Positions 1 through 13,096 of a stretch of 64,000 bases of DNA are shown one piece after another. Origin of the DNA: Camelus dromedarius (taxonomy: Eukaryota); NCBI RefSeq assembly GCF_036321535.1, contig NC_087437.1, positions 12,960,001 to 13,024,000 of the forward strand. Direction: 5' to 3'. How positions within the stretch are numbered: position 1 is the stretch's first letter; every line of letters starts with the position of its first letter. The position numbers and the translations under genes are program-made. Under the pieces are notes generated by a model. It searched no databases and was not told the DNA's origin. It saw only the letters and a list, made by a program, of their open reading frames with translations.

Positions 1-1940
1 TATCTTTCTATTTTTAAAGAGAGATTAACGTTCTGGACTTGGTTACTAAACATCCTGTTTGATTGGATAAAATTTGAACAGTGGTACAACATTTCAGCTG
101 GTAATTGTCCAGTCTTCTTCATGCAGCGTGAATGATGCTAATGGCAGCAGAGTTCTCTGGATTTCTCTGGCCTTGCTTTTGACTTGACAGATGGATTTTT
201 CTATGGCTGAATCCTGTCTACTATTTAGTAGGTGGACTGGCTATGATCACAGTGATCACCACCCGTTTAAATGATGGTTACTTGAATGTAGCTGAGGCCG
301 CCTTGAATAATGTTAGCAAAGCCATATGTCTCCCTAAAACAGTTTCGTGTTTCTTAGAACAAGACACAGACTCCTTATTTTCCCTTTGATTCCTATATTA
401 TTGGTCATGCAGCTGCCGCTATGCTGTCATCCTGTGTTCATTTCGAAGAGTTTTAGCACCTGAATGAAATTGGAAATAATTGTAGGTAAGTGTTTCTGAA
501 GTAATATGTAATTTTCTTCTTATGAATTATTCATATCAACACCTATTTCTGAAGTATTCACTGGTGCTGTATAAAATAGTACATGGTGTGTATGGAAATG
601 TCTTGATCATATTTTATTTCTCTGTAATATCAGAAGTTATTTGGCAAAAAATATCTCATCCTGAAACAAACAAAAAGCTCTTTATTCTCATATAAAGATC
701 TTCACTGTCAAAGAATTAGTCATTTGAACAGCAGCATATCTATTTTTCATGCTTCTTCCATAATTTTACCATTTTGAGCCACTATTAAATGCGTTAATAC
801 CAAATTAATTTTCTTCCCATCTACGTTCTTCTCAATGAATTATCGAAAGATGATTGTTGCTATTTCCAACTGAGACACTGCATTTATTATTAAATTCCTC
901 GGGAATACTGTGTTAGACATACAAAGCAGTATGGCCCATGGGACAGTCCTAACTCCACGCAGTTGCAGGCAGACCCTCAAGGTTGCATACTATTTTCTCT
1001 GTATTATCTTTTCTGTTCTTGGGGTATACTGTGAATAACAGGACTGAGGCTAAGAAGTTGTGAGTTTGGATCCAGGATCTGCCCTTGACTAACTTTATTT
1101 CCTGAGATCCCAGTAATGCCTTGGGACCTAACATCAAATCTACTGGACAGAAACTCACAGTGGCCAATAGCAAAGGAAATGGAATAAGAAAGGCATCGGC
1201 AAGAGAGAGTGCCTCTACCTCCAGTGCCTCACGCTGAGTTTCCTAGCCCAGAGTCTTCACAGATTCTCAGTTCCTGACCCCGGTGTGGCCAACTTCAAGG
1301 GAGCCTGAGTTTTTGGGCTGCTTCACTTGTAAGGGCGCAAGACTAAGAAGAGGAAGAAGAAAGAGAAGAGATCATGGTCCCATTAGCAACCTGTATCCCC
1401 AGTTGAACCATTTAGAAAGCATAACAAAGAATGCTTCAGAAGGGCTGAAATCCCTCTTTGGTGGGATGCCATTTCTTGCCTTGATTCTGACTCTTGAGCT
1501 AGAGATGGGGTAAGAAGTAGCAGTGGAGTGGTAGCCAGAAACTTTGAATTCTGCCTGGAAGTCGAATTCTACTTTGCCAAGTTGTGACATCCGGCCAATA
1601 TAAGTTTCATTATTAGAACACTAACATTTGTATTTTTGTTACCAGAAAGCAGAACTTCTTTCTTTGAAAGGGAGCAGCTAATTTTAAATGATTTTACAAT
1701 GTTCTTGCTGGAAGGGAAATTAAGACCCTATTTAATCCACCCATGCATCTTCTTTTTATAGATCAGCTAATTAAGTCCCGGGACACTCTAGTGGCTTGTC
1801 CAAAGTCACACAGCTGCTCAGTGATTCTGACACTTGTATGTCAAATGAATATTGTAACCTTTCTTATTATTATGACAGCATTTAGAAAACTCAACACTCA
1901 AGCATTAAATATCTAGAATAATGTGTGATAGATACTTCTT

Positions 1941-2045
1941 TATCTATTTATTATTATTTTTTTAGTGGAGGTACTGGGGATTGAACCCAGGACCTCGTGT
2001 ATGCTAAGCATGCGCTCTACCACTGAGCTACAGCACCCCACCCCG
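1941..2045 (-). mobile_element. tRNA-derived SINE, camelid Vic-1-like
   Basis: The minus strand reads GTAGCTCAGTGGTAGAGCGCATGCTTAGCAT...GGTCCTGGGTTCAATCCCCAGTACCTCCA plus an A-rich tail (A/B boxes). Degenerate TSD gtgatagatactt/gtgatggtattt. Confidence 0.85.
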
Positions 2046-3534
2046 CCTCCCGTGATGGTATTTAATCATAACACATGTGTTAAATGAAAAACTAGAGAAG
2101 AGAACGTAATTGTGGTTAAAAACTTTTATTGGTTTTGGGGGCTTTTGAGATCTTCCGTGAATCTTTTCTTCTCCACAGACGAGTGATGGGTCTGTTCTTT
2201 GTGGTAGCTGCTCCGTTAGCACTGGATGCCCAGTGAAACTTTGTGCAGCACATGACGGTGACAGCAGGTACTTCTTGAGCTGCTCCGTTGGGCTGGGGGT
2301 TCAGACGTGTGTTAAAATGACACCGTTGATGAAAATGCATGACTAGGGAAGGGAGTGGTTAGCGAGGTGTGTTTTCTGGGCAGTGGGAGTGACGGCAGTA
2401 GCAGAGCATTAAAATAGCTTGAAAGTTGAGTCCACTGCCGACCTTTTAAACTGTCTTATTATTATATTTTATTACGTTTTCACCTTTATCAACGTTCAAG
2501 ACAGTTTTTCTTATTCCTACTCTCCCCACTTCCATTTCTTTTAACTGGGATGTGTAAAATTACGTATGTGTGTGCGTGTGAGTGTATTATTTACCTCCGT
2601 AGCAAGGAATATTTTGATTTTGTGGCTTCCATTTTATTTTATTAATTTGGGCAATATCCATGGCCTTTTTTTCAAAATATGAGAGTTTAGTTATTTTTCC
2701 TCTTAAACATGCACTTTTATTTTAAATTAATCTCTTACAAAACGGTTAAAAATAAGCACATTATTCCTTTGGAATTCAAATCTTAAACTATAAGGAATAT
2801 ATTAACATTCAGAAAAACATTAACATATTAATATTAAGCATAGGATTTAATCCATCTGATAATAATCCAATGATGGGAATACCATTGTGAATTCATACGA
2901 TTTCAGGGTGAGTGAGAAATTATTATTGGGGGGGATATGAGGACTAAAATTTTGAGTCAGGGGGAGGAATTGAGAAACTACTAGAAGGGCTGGGGTAGAC
3001 AAGGAACAGGTTTTTCAAGGACCTACTGTGGCCTAAACACTGTGCTGTAAGAATTAATACAGCGTATGACAACCCAAAGCGGGTCGCCTTCATTATGAGA
3101 TAGAGCTGGAACCAGTTTAAGAGGAAGGGACATCAGTGGAATTCTCTGAGATGGAGTTCACTGCAGCCACGGCCAGGATCAGGGGCTCAAACAATGGACC
3201 ATGGCTCTGGGTGTCTCCTCGGAAGCGCTACCTGTGTTGGCTTGATTTCGTTGCAGGTAGGGTCTCCGTGTAACTGCCAAGAAACCTGTGACATCCATCG
3301 TTTCCTCCTGTCATTTCCGCAAAGCAATGGTGAGGAATTTCCTCTTTCAGAGTCATTTTTTTCACTTCAGGAAAAGCTCTGGTTGGTTCTTCTTGGGTCG
3401 CCTGCTTCTCCTTGTTGGAGGGTGACCAGCTGTCATGGTAGACAGCTCCCCCACCAACACATGGGATAAGGGAGGGTTAATTTTTCAAAGAAGTGAGTAA
3501 TTCAAAGAAAAAGAATAGGCATCCATTGCCAACT

Positions 3535-3645
3535 TTGTGAGGCAAATATTATTATTTCTATTTTCCAAATAATGAAAGCAGTTGAAAGAGGTTAAACAGC
3601 TTATCCTAGGCCACATAGCTCAACAGAACTGGGTTTAAAACACTA
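3535..3645 (-). mobile_element. MIR fragment
   Basis: attattatttctattttccaaataatgaaagcagttgaaagaggttaaacagcttatcctaggccacatagct resembles the reverse of the MIR core. Confidence 0.55.
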
Positions 3646-3939
3646 CTCACATTTTTTTCCCTCTGGGTAAAACTGAACTGGAAAAGTTTACGGCAATTCA
3701 CTTTACTGCTATCTTTACTATAACCTTGGCAGAATTTTACAAATGCTATATCATGTCTGGAGTACTTTGTACTTGACTATTCAAATATATTTTTAAAAGG
3801 GCTCTGATGTCTGAGATTGTGTGAATTAAACAAATGGGAGAATAGTCTTAACTTTATAGTTTTGTGTAAATACAGCCGTCTTCATGGGTAACCGATTATC
3901 CTTTGAAGTGAGAGACGGACACGCCAGGATGTGTGAGAG

Positions 3940-4333
3940 ATGCTGCTAAAGTCCTGCCCACACCCTCCGAGCTCTCAGCCCTGGGGTGACTGCTCATCTT
4001 GTGATCTCCCCTGGGAAACACCGGCCACTGTGTGCCAGCCAAGCGTTAGGTATGAACAGTCCCCGGAGGTACCTCCACCGATGACAGATGAGACAGGAGC
4101 TGATGGCTCCCTGGTGCCTTGGAGGTGCGTGTTCCACGCTGCCTCCCAGAATTCCCCGGGGGCTTACATCAGTGTTGCCCACAGCACCCCTGTGCTCAGA
4201 AATGCACTGTTACCCTCTTCCCCTTTCCTGCCTCACATGCCTACTTCCCGTGCCCCTGAGGTCCTTTCCCAGACAAACTCCTCGCTCACAGCCTTGTCCC
4301 ACATCTGCTTCTGGGGAAACCCATCCCAAGATA
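3940..4333 (+). mobile_element. ERV-L solo LTR, LTR16-like
   Basis: 3' end cccagacaaactcctcgctcacagccttgtcccacatctgcttctggggaaacccatcccaagata matches the LTR16-type terminus as recalled. Confidence 0.7.
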
Positions 4334-4499
4334 AGAGACACTTGAAAATCAGACATATGGCTAACTCTGGATGTTTCAGTCTCTTCATCATCCAAATAGG
4401 TTTATTTCACTATGCTCATTAGCTGGAGCAGCGAAATACCACAAACTAACTTCTGTTACCTGTTTTCAGACAAAAATTAAATTTCTTCAAAATTAATCA

Positions 4500-4700
4500 A
4501 ATTCACATTCTGGAAATTGATGGTGTCTGGGTTTGGATCTTTTCTCGGGCAAGCCTCTTCTTCTCCCAATGCCCCAGATTCCTATCTGACGTAGACAGTA
4601 TATACCGCAGTGTTTGCCTAGAGCATTAAATCAAGTTTGTAATGTTCTCAGAAGAATACCTGGTAGATAATACGTGCCGTGTAAGTGTTGGTTAAACACT
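4500..4700 (+). mobile_element. MIR
   Basis: gggcaagcctcttcttctcccaatgccccagattcctatctg...gagcattaaat...ctcagaagaatacctgg follows the MIR layout. Confidence 0.55.
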
Positions 4701-5393
4701 TGAATAAAAAGAAATGAGGTCGATCGTGGTAAAAGTAAAGACTACACTTTCCCAAGTAGGCCACAGACTAACCATTGCATTAACAAATTATTTTGTTTTA
4801 ATAATACATTCTCTTCCATATTAATTATACATTTTAAACCAGAGCACAATTATGTTTCAGTTTCATGAGCTGTTCATCTTTAATGAGCACTGAGTTAATT
4901 AGCAAGACCTGTCTTTTCGGGCACTGTATCTGTTCTGCAGCATTCAGTTCAGTATTCATTATTTTAAGATAGCAATTCTCTTTTTCAAAAATATTTGGAG
5001 AGGGAAATGAATAATTACTCTGCTACACTACATCGCTAAGTTTCGAAATACAAAAAAAAAAGGAAATTGTGCATGTGAGGCGTGGATATATGTGAGAAGT
5101 GACTCCATATTTTATTATGCATAAGAAATATTTTCTTGCTTATTGAATTAGGGAAGTTCCTTATTTCTCCTACAGAGTATTTTTAGTCTGTTTTCAGAAT
5201 CCTTATTTGTGTCTTCCTTGTGTCCCCTGAATGTCAGTCTAATTCCATCCTTGCAAAGTTGTGGCTCCAGATTTTTTCCATTCTTAGAGGTGCCCATCCT
5301 CAGTCTGTGAATTAGGTCACCATTGGTGAACGAATTGTAACTTCTCCAGTGATTCCTCATCTTCATTTCAGTCCCACATTTTCAGCTGTCAAT

Positions 5394-5625
5394 AGCAATG
5401 ATTCTAAATAATGGTCCATGGACTGACCGTAGCAGAACCTACGAATCCGCACATGCACACATGCACACACACATATCGCATCCACACATGTAGGTACAAA
5501 ATACACACACACTAACGTGCACCACTTCCAGAGATTCTGACTCAGTAGCTGTGGGCTAGGAGTTACTACTCTTTAGAAGTTTCTTAGCGATCCTGTCCCG
5601 AGAACAGCCAGGGTTGAGACCCCTG
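5394..5625. mobile_element. hAT-Charlie MITE (MER5-like) with a CA-rich insert
   Basis: ccagagattctgactcagtagctgtgggctagg...cagccagggttgagacccctg is a typical MER5 motif. Confidence 0.6.
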
Positions 5626-6414
5626 GGACGATGGCTTACCCAGTGGTCGGTCCACTGCTATTTCAAACTGCTCCTGTAACTTTGCCAAACTGATTTCCCC
5701 TGTTTCTGTTCATGTAACTATGATTCTTCTGGAACTTTGGGCTTAAAGTTTTAGAATAATATTTGGTTCCACCTGGTGCTTTATTTCCACTAGCAGTCAG
5801 TCTACCCGCCTTTCTTTTCTTTCCACCTTCTCTTCCTTTTTGACACCTCATGTTGTAGCTTCCTTAGACATGTTCAAGCATATGTTTTATTTGCTATATT
5901 TGATTATGAACACCTGGAGACTGGAACCTGCCTTATTCATGTTTAAATGTGCTTCAGCCCCAGCACCCAGCAAGTACTTTGCAAGCAGTAGGCATTTAAT
6001 AAGGGTTTGATGAATATCATTCCACAGTCTTAGTCTCTCTGTATCCAGGCTTATCCATCACTGCTTCCAAAATGGCCCTATTTTCCAGACAGGCCTATCT
6101 CAGCCTGCACATTCTGCGGCAGACTCTGCTCATACCCTTCACCCTACCAGGAACAGATTTTCTTTTTCTTTCCTTAGGAAACATTGTATAGTTTCTTCAA
6201 GAACTGGGTTCCCAAGCTTGTTGTGCAGCAGTGTATTAAATAGTAAGCTATGAAGAAACAAGGTTGGTGTTTTACAAGGATTGAAGGCTGGAGTACATGA
6301 CCATTTAGCAAGGGCTCCACATGTGATGACATCCTAGTCAGGCAGGTCTCCTGTTCTGGTCACATGATGAATCTGGATCGTGAGATCATTTGTGGCTTAT
6401 TTCAATACTTGAAT

Positions 6415-8750
6415 ATTCAACTATTCGTCAGACAAATATATATTGAGTGTGTACTATGTACTCTTTCAGACACTGGGAATAATAGTAATAAGCAAAAACA
6501 GAGACCTTTACCCTCAGAGAATTTAAGAGGTGACAGGAAATAAATATGTGAGCATAGATTATGTCAGATGTTGATAATTGCTATGTGAGAAAATGCAGCT
6601 GAGCAAGGGAAATAGGGAAATTGCTCTACTGTATTGGATGCCAGGGGAGGTCTCAACTGAGTAGGGGGACCAGTCAGGAGGCTGTAAGACAGTAGTCAGA
6701 CAAAACATGATGTTGGCTTAGATGAGGGAGTAATGTGAAGATGCTGAGAAATGGCAAGGTTTTGCATATGTTCTGAAGGCGTAGCTCATGGCTAGGGTAC
6801 AGGAGGTGACAAAAGAGAAATCAAAGATGGCCCTGATGCCTGAACAGCTGGAAAGGTGGAGTTGCATTTACCGAGATGGGGAAGTTTAGGAGGAACAGGT
6901 TGAAATGTGGGTGAGGAGGATTTAGCGATTTGATTTTGGTTGTGCTAAGTTTGAGGAACCTAGTATGCCTCCAAATTTGTTGCCTAGACAGGCATTTTAG
7001 GCACCTTGTAGTTTGCAGGAGAGGTTGGGCTAGAGAAAAATAAGATTTAAAGACATGAAGTAGAAGGATGGCACTTAAGTGGATAAACATAGAGGTGTGA
7101 GAACTGTCTTAAGGTGTTCCAACATTAGACAGAGGGCAGCCAGCAAAGTCTATTGGAGAAGAGCCAGTGAGGTAGCAAATAGCTACCTCAATAGGAAAGT
7201 ATTGTCCTGGAGACAATGGAAGAAAGTGGTTCAGGAAGGAGGGAGTCATCACATGTGTGATGCTACTGATGGGTCATGTGAAGTGATGGCTGAGAGGTGA
7301 CCATTGGACTTCCTACAGGGAGGTCATTGGTAACCTCAATAACAGCTTTTTTGGTTAAGTGTTAGGGAAGACACTTTAATTGGAGTGATACCTGGAGAGG
7401 ATTTTAAGAAATGTTAGAAAAGCATAGGAGACAGAATAGACCACAGTCTGGAGGGGTTTTTCTTTAAAGTGGAGCAGAGAAATGGGGTGGCGGCTGCTGG
7501 AGGATGATGTGAAGAAATGGGAGGATTTTGATTGGACCACTTTGAGCATATTTGCCTGCCGATAGAGTTGAAGGCATATGGAAGGAAGAGCCTGTAATAA
7601 CAGACCGTGGTCTTTAAGTTAATAATACACAGGGAAGTCTGGCCATGAGGGTAGTGAACAGATAGGTTGTAGGCTCAGTGCACCAGGAGAACTCAGAAGG
7701 CAAATACTTGTTGGAGTCAGGAGTAGTGAGGGGAGTGAGTGAGCTGAGAGTTGGGAGGCAGTGGTTAGAGAATGAAGTCATGGGAGGGGTTGGATTTATT
7801 GTATGGGGTATAACCAAGGCGATAAGTTGTTGAGTTAAAGCTAAGAAATCATGGAAGGTGAAGTGGGGAGGAATGTAAAAGTGAGGGATGAAGAAGTTGT
7901 ATATTTATGTGGTGGAATACTACTCAGCCATAAAAAAGAATAAAATAATGCTATTTGGAGCAACATGGTTGGATCTGGAGATCATCATTCTAAGTGAAGT
8001 AAGCCAGAGGAGAAAGAAAAAGATCATATGATATCACTCATATGTGAAATCTAAAAAAATGACACAAATGAACTTATTTACAAAACAGAAACAGACTCTC
8101 AGACTTAGGGAATATACTTATAGTTACCAGGGGGAAAGAGGGGAAGGGATAAATTGGGAGTTTGATCTTTGCAGATACTAACTACAAGTTATACCACAAG
8201 TTTCTACTGTATAGCACAGGGAACTATATCCAAAATCTTTTAGTAACATGTAATGAAAAAGAATATATATGTATATGTATGACTGAAACATTATGCTGTG
8301 CACCAGAACTTGACACAACATTGTAAACTGACTATACTTCAATTTAAAAGAAGAAAGAAAAAAAAAAAGGAAAAGCCAAAGAATTGAAAGGATGATTTTC
8401 AAAGACATTGAAATCACCAAAAAGTTATCATTAACAGCAGAGCAAGAGTAACAATGAAGTAGGAGTTGAAGTGCTCAGAGGAGTGAGAGGTGATCTGGTG
8501 GCTGTGGATGGCTGCTGTAAGGAGGGGTGATGGCGGTGTGGTTTGACACATGAACCTCAGAGCTGGAGAGGATGGCTGGGAGGTGGGAAGGATAATGGTC
8601 TGGAAGGGATAATGAGGAGCAAGGACTTCCATTCGACCTTCAGTCACATGAGTGTGAGAGATACAGGGGAGAGAGATACACTTGGTAGAGCTTTAAAGAA
8701 AGCAGGATCTCAGGAGAAAGCCAGGGCTCACTGGGAGCAGGAAAAAAGAG
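6415..8750 (-). mobile_element. L2 remnant, interrupted by an L1 at ~7890-8370
   Basis: Starts with a reversed L2 3' end (attcaactattcgtcagacaaatatatattgagtgtgtactatgt). Continues as purine-rich L2 antisense sequence (gaaaggtggagttgcatttaccgagatggggaag; gagaggtgaccattggactt). Confidence 0.75.
7890..8370 (+). mobile_element. 5'-truncated L1 (ORF2 end + 3'UTR + polyA), artiodactyl/camelid type
   Basis: ggaatactactcagccataaaaaagaat...actgtatagcacagggaactatat...acacaacattgtaaactgactatacttcaat followed by an A tail. Confidence 0.9.
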
Positions 8751-8759
8751 AGGAAAAAT

Positions 8760-8990
8760 CCTTACAAAGTACTTACTACGTGCCAGGAATTCTTCCACGA
8801 TGTTTTGTAGATTAATTAACTTAATCCTCAAAAGAAGATCTCTCTTTAGTCTTATTTTACAGATGGAGAAATTAGAGCACAGACAGGTTGAATATATTGC
8901 TCACGATCAGGGTAGCAAAGTGGCGGAGCTGGACTTGAACCCAGGTGGTGCACCTGAGACCCAGGGAGTGCGTAGCACTGTGCTCCACCA
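8760..8990 (-). mobile_element. MIR
   Basis: acttactacgtgccagg...ttaatcctca...attttacagatggagaaattagagcacagacaggtt...cttgaacccagg. Confidence 0.8.
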
Positions 8991-11349
8991 CCCAGCAGCA
9001 AACATTTGGAGAGGGGGATTGTGCTGATGCTGCATCACGAGTTACATACAGGGGGTCAGGGATGGGGAGATGACTTAGATTAAGGATTGTGCTGAGGCGT
9101 ATGGGGATGAGGGATGAACTGGGATTTGCGGCTTCCTGATTTGGAAGTATACAGAACTAGTGCTAATGGTCTTCAAGGCAGACGTGATGGTGAGGCTGTG
9201 AGTGTTGGGGTGATGGTGCTGAGGGTAGGATGGAGGCCTTGCCAAGGACACAAGCTCAGCATCCCCCCCCCCCCCACTTGAGCTGGTGGAGGTTGGAGGC
9301 TGGGAAGACGCAGTATTACTTGGACGATGAGGAAATTTGGGACCTCCTCTTTACTTAGCCCACCACCATTACCCATTTATTTAAAATAATAATTAATGCT
9401 GATATCCAGGAAGTTTCTGGAAGTGAACAATATTAAAAGTTGCCCTCATTTTCCATTTTGTGAATTTCTTTGAAATATGAATCTGCTCATGAATTTATTA
9501 AAGGGACTCTATCACCTTTATGAGATGGCAACTCTTATGAATCTTTTTACATCTGCTTATGCAGTTTATAACGTACTTTCACAAGCATGATTTCACTTAC
9601 ACATTCTACCAAGTACGGTCCAGAGCCCAGTTTCTGGCCTATTTTTGGCACTAAAAGTTTACTTATTTAGAGGATGGACAAAGTGAAATATTGAGTTTGG
9701 TGAAAAGGCAGAAAGTAAAAATGTGAAATATCTGGAAATGTTCATGCTTAATTTTCATTAATCTCTCTTTTCTTGAGGTTTTTTAAAAAGGAAACATTCT
9801 TACATTCTTCAGAAAGTAGAACAGAGGAAAATTAGCATTAATTTTTGCTGGCAGCTTTTCAGTTTATTACACAAATCTATTGTCATTTAAGTGGAATGGC
9901 TTAGACACTCAGCTTTGCACTTGGGAAACATATGGCGACAACAGAAAAGATTTCAAGTGTCCAATATGGTAAACCAGCAAAAAGACCATCTTATACATCA
10001 AAGGTATTTATTAAATTTTGAACTGTTTGTACAATGGATTTTTGCTGGTAGTAGACACCATTAGGAGTTGAGGTGACTTTCAGAGTGATTTTTCTTTTGT
10101 TAGAGAGAAAAGAAGGACAAGAAGAAAGCAGTTAGAGAAAGAGATTATGGCTCTCCTGTGAATATAAAGCTCCTATTTCTTACACACTCGTGATGCTTTC
10201 TTCCAACAGGTCTGATATACTTTTGATCCCCCTCTGCTGTTTTTGTCGTTGTTTGTTTATTTATTTTGCTTATGATTGATTTGCTTGACTGGCAAAATTA
10301 GAAATAATAACTAGGCATGCTCAGCTCAGCTCAGCTCTGTCCTTCTTGCTTAACTGGGTCTGGTACCACCTGGTCTGGATGCATATTTAAAGGACCCTCT
10401 GGGGACCTCCCTTTGGCTTTCATGCTAACTGATGTCCTCTAATTAAGGGCAAAATATCAGTTAAAAGATGATATTTTTATCTCCTTTGCCACTTCATTGC
10501 TTTGTACTTTAGACTGTACGAAAACTAGGGCATCATGGTGCTGTTTATTGGGAACAAAGTGTTGGATGCACAGGAAGGCTTCTGAGACTTTCCACAGTTG
10601 GTTAAATGCCTTTGCTATGTGCTTGCATAGCTCCTTGTATTTCCCCCTTTATATCCCTTAATACACTTACTATTGGTGCGATGCCTACTTTTTTTGCTAG
10701 AATATGAACTCCAGGTAGGGACCAAGTCTTGCTACCACTAGGACCTAACATGGCACCTGAAAGAAGTAGCACCCAATATGTTGGATGAATAATCGAATGA
10801 GCTACTGCTGGAGAGAAGATTAAGTTCCTAATTTATGTAGTGAATGAAGACAACGGGCAACAGATTTGAAACACTCCACTCAAAAAATTAAAGTAGATTG
10901 TGGAAGCTGTTGTCCTTCTCATACTTCAGCTTTGAACAAATTAAATTAAAACTATTAAACATGAGTATCTTCTTTAATAAGTCATGCCTGAACTGAGCTA
11001 GGAATCTATTTAACCTGGAAAACTTCTTGTTTTTGGTAAGGATCAATATTTTACTGATGTCTGACCCTCATTCCGGTGTACAGTCCGCTCAGCCTTCTAG
11101 ACAATGTTCCTTTTCATCCTCCAGAATTTTGCTTATGAAAACGCAGAGATGAAAGTCCATCATTCAGAAAGTGTTTGATGTGATCCTTTGCTCATTAATA
11201 ATAACATTAAAGCACAATTTTAACAATACTTTAAAGAACTAATAGATGTAACTGCTCTAGGAAGACTTAGCTATTTCTTCATGAGGAAAATTGAGGGATA
11301 GAAAAAATAGATCATTATAATTATTATTTTTTTTAAAAAAAGTAACAGA

Positions 11350-11959
11350 ATCAATTAAAAAAGTGAAGTATAGTTGATTTACAATGTTGTGTAAGTTTTT
11401 GGTGTATAACATAGTGATTCAATTATATTCTTTTTCATTATAGGTTATTACATGCTGCTGAATATAGATCCCTGTGCTATACAGCAGGACCTTGTTGTTT
11501 ATCTGTTCTGTATATTAGTTTCTACCTGCTTATCCCAAACTCCCACTTATGTCCCCCCACCCGCAGCTTCCCCTTTGGTATGTCTATGACTCTCTTTCTG
11601 TTTTGTAAAGAAGTTTATTTGTGTAATTTTTTTAGATTCCACATATAATTGACATTTCACGATACTGTCTTTGACTTACTTCACTTAGTATGATAATCTC
11701 TAGTTCCATCCATGTTGCTGCAAAGGGGATTACTTCATTTTTTATGGCTGAGTAGTATTCCATTGTATAAAATACCACAACTTCTTTATCCAGTCATCTG
11801 CTGATGGACATTTAGGGTACTTCCATGTCCTGGCTATTGTATACAGTGCTGCTATGAACATTGGGGTACATGTGTCTTTCCAAATTAGAGTTATCTTTGG
11901 ATATTTGCCCAGGAGTGGGATTGCTGGATCATATGGCAACTCTATTTTTAGTTTTTTAG
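11350..11959 (-). mobile_element. 5'-truncated L1 (ORF2 C-terminus + 3'UTR)
   Basis: ORF 11742-11939 (PYDPAIPLLGKYPK...KDTCTPMFIAALYTIARTWKYPKCPS..WIKKLW) is the L1 ORF2p C-terminus. Confidence 0.93.
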
Positions 11960-12407
11960 AATTATTTTCTAACTAGAAAACATTGGCTTGAGAATCTGAA
12001 ATAAAGCTTGTAGGATTGGAATCTCCTTTTTAGGTCCATCTCTATAATGACACATAAAGCAGGAGTAGAAAGAAAGCCTACTTCCTGGTTTGCAGAGAAT
12101 TATTTCTATCAACAAATGAAAGACCATGCTGTTCAGATAATCAAGGATCTGTCAGTTGAAAGGCTCAGATCGGGGTTCTTGCTGAGGGTCTCTCATAAGG
12201 CTGCTTAGCTGGGGGCTGAGGCTGGAGGCATTTGAAGGCTCCTTCTGCACACAGCTGGTGCTGAGCTGTGGTGGCTGGGGTGGCTGTGGGCTGGTGGATT
12301 GTTTGTGTGTCTCTCTGTCCTGATGGACTATCCATGTGTCCATCTGGAGCTTCCTCACTGCACGGTGGTCTCAGGGGAGCTGGACCTCTTATGTGAAGCC
12401 TGGCTTC

Positions 12408-12800
12408 TGTTGGGGGAGGTAGTCAAGAGGACGTGACTGCTGGCTGACCCTCCTGCTGACTCCAGGCAATCAGAGGCTCCTCACTTCCCTGCTCCATCCT
12501 TGGAATGTATGCTCTGCTCACTGTTCCCACGGGGGAGCTGTTTCAATGATGCAGCCTCGACAGAGTAGGATGTTGTTGAGACCATCTGGACTAAATATGT
12601 GACCGAACCAGTGAAGCCTCTGTGTAAACTCTGAAGATTTGGCAGGTGGGTGAGGAGGTCTACTCATCTTGCAGAGCCCAAGACAAGCCTTGCTTATTAA
12701 ACCTACTACCTACCAGTCTGGAGGCATCTGCCTCTTTCTCTGTTTATGGGGGCTGGTTTCAGATTTCACCTGGGGAGCACCTGAGCTGGCAAGCCAACCA
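12408..12800 (+). mobile_element. Solo LTR (ERV, family unresolved) nested in MLT1
   Basis: TG...CA termini (tgttggggg...gccaacca), ATTAAA near 12695, possible degenerate TSD gcttc/gtttt. Confidence 0.6.
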
Positions 12801-12957
12801 GTTTTGCCAAGGTTTCTAAGAGAAAGGAGGTGAACACTGCCAGTGTCTTACAACCCGTGTTCAGACATGGGAGCAGAGTTCTTCTACTGTATTCTCTGAG
12901 AAAGCTGTCCTAGGGCCCACCCATCTTCAAAGGGAGGGGACAGAGGCTCCACCTCTT

Positions 12958-13096
12958 TTTAAAAAATATTGAACTTATTTATTATTGTATTATTCAATCA
13001 TTTTTATTTTGGCGGGGTGCGGGTAATTAGGTTTATTTATTGTTAGAGGAGGTACCGGGAATTGAACCCAGGACCTCGTGCGTGCTAAGCATCACT
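12958..13096 (-). mobile_element. Vic-1-like SINE, 5'-truncated with an internal deletion
   Basis: ggtaattaggtttatttat...ggaggtaccgggaattgaacccaggacctc. 15-bp TSD gaggctccacctctt (12943-12957) / gaggctctacctctt (13097-13111). Confidence 0.85.

Noticed and set aside
3940..4422. Longest ORF (160 aa) as a gene
   Set aside because: It lies almost wholly within an LTR16-like LTR, is Pro/Ser-rich, and has no recognisable domain.
10319..10337. (GCTCA)n resembling Ig switch GAGCT pentamers
   Set aside because: Fewer than four units; real switch regions span kilobases.
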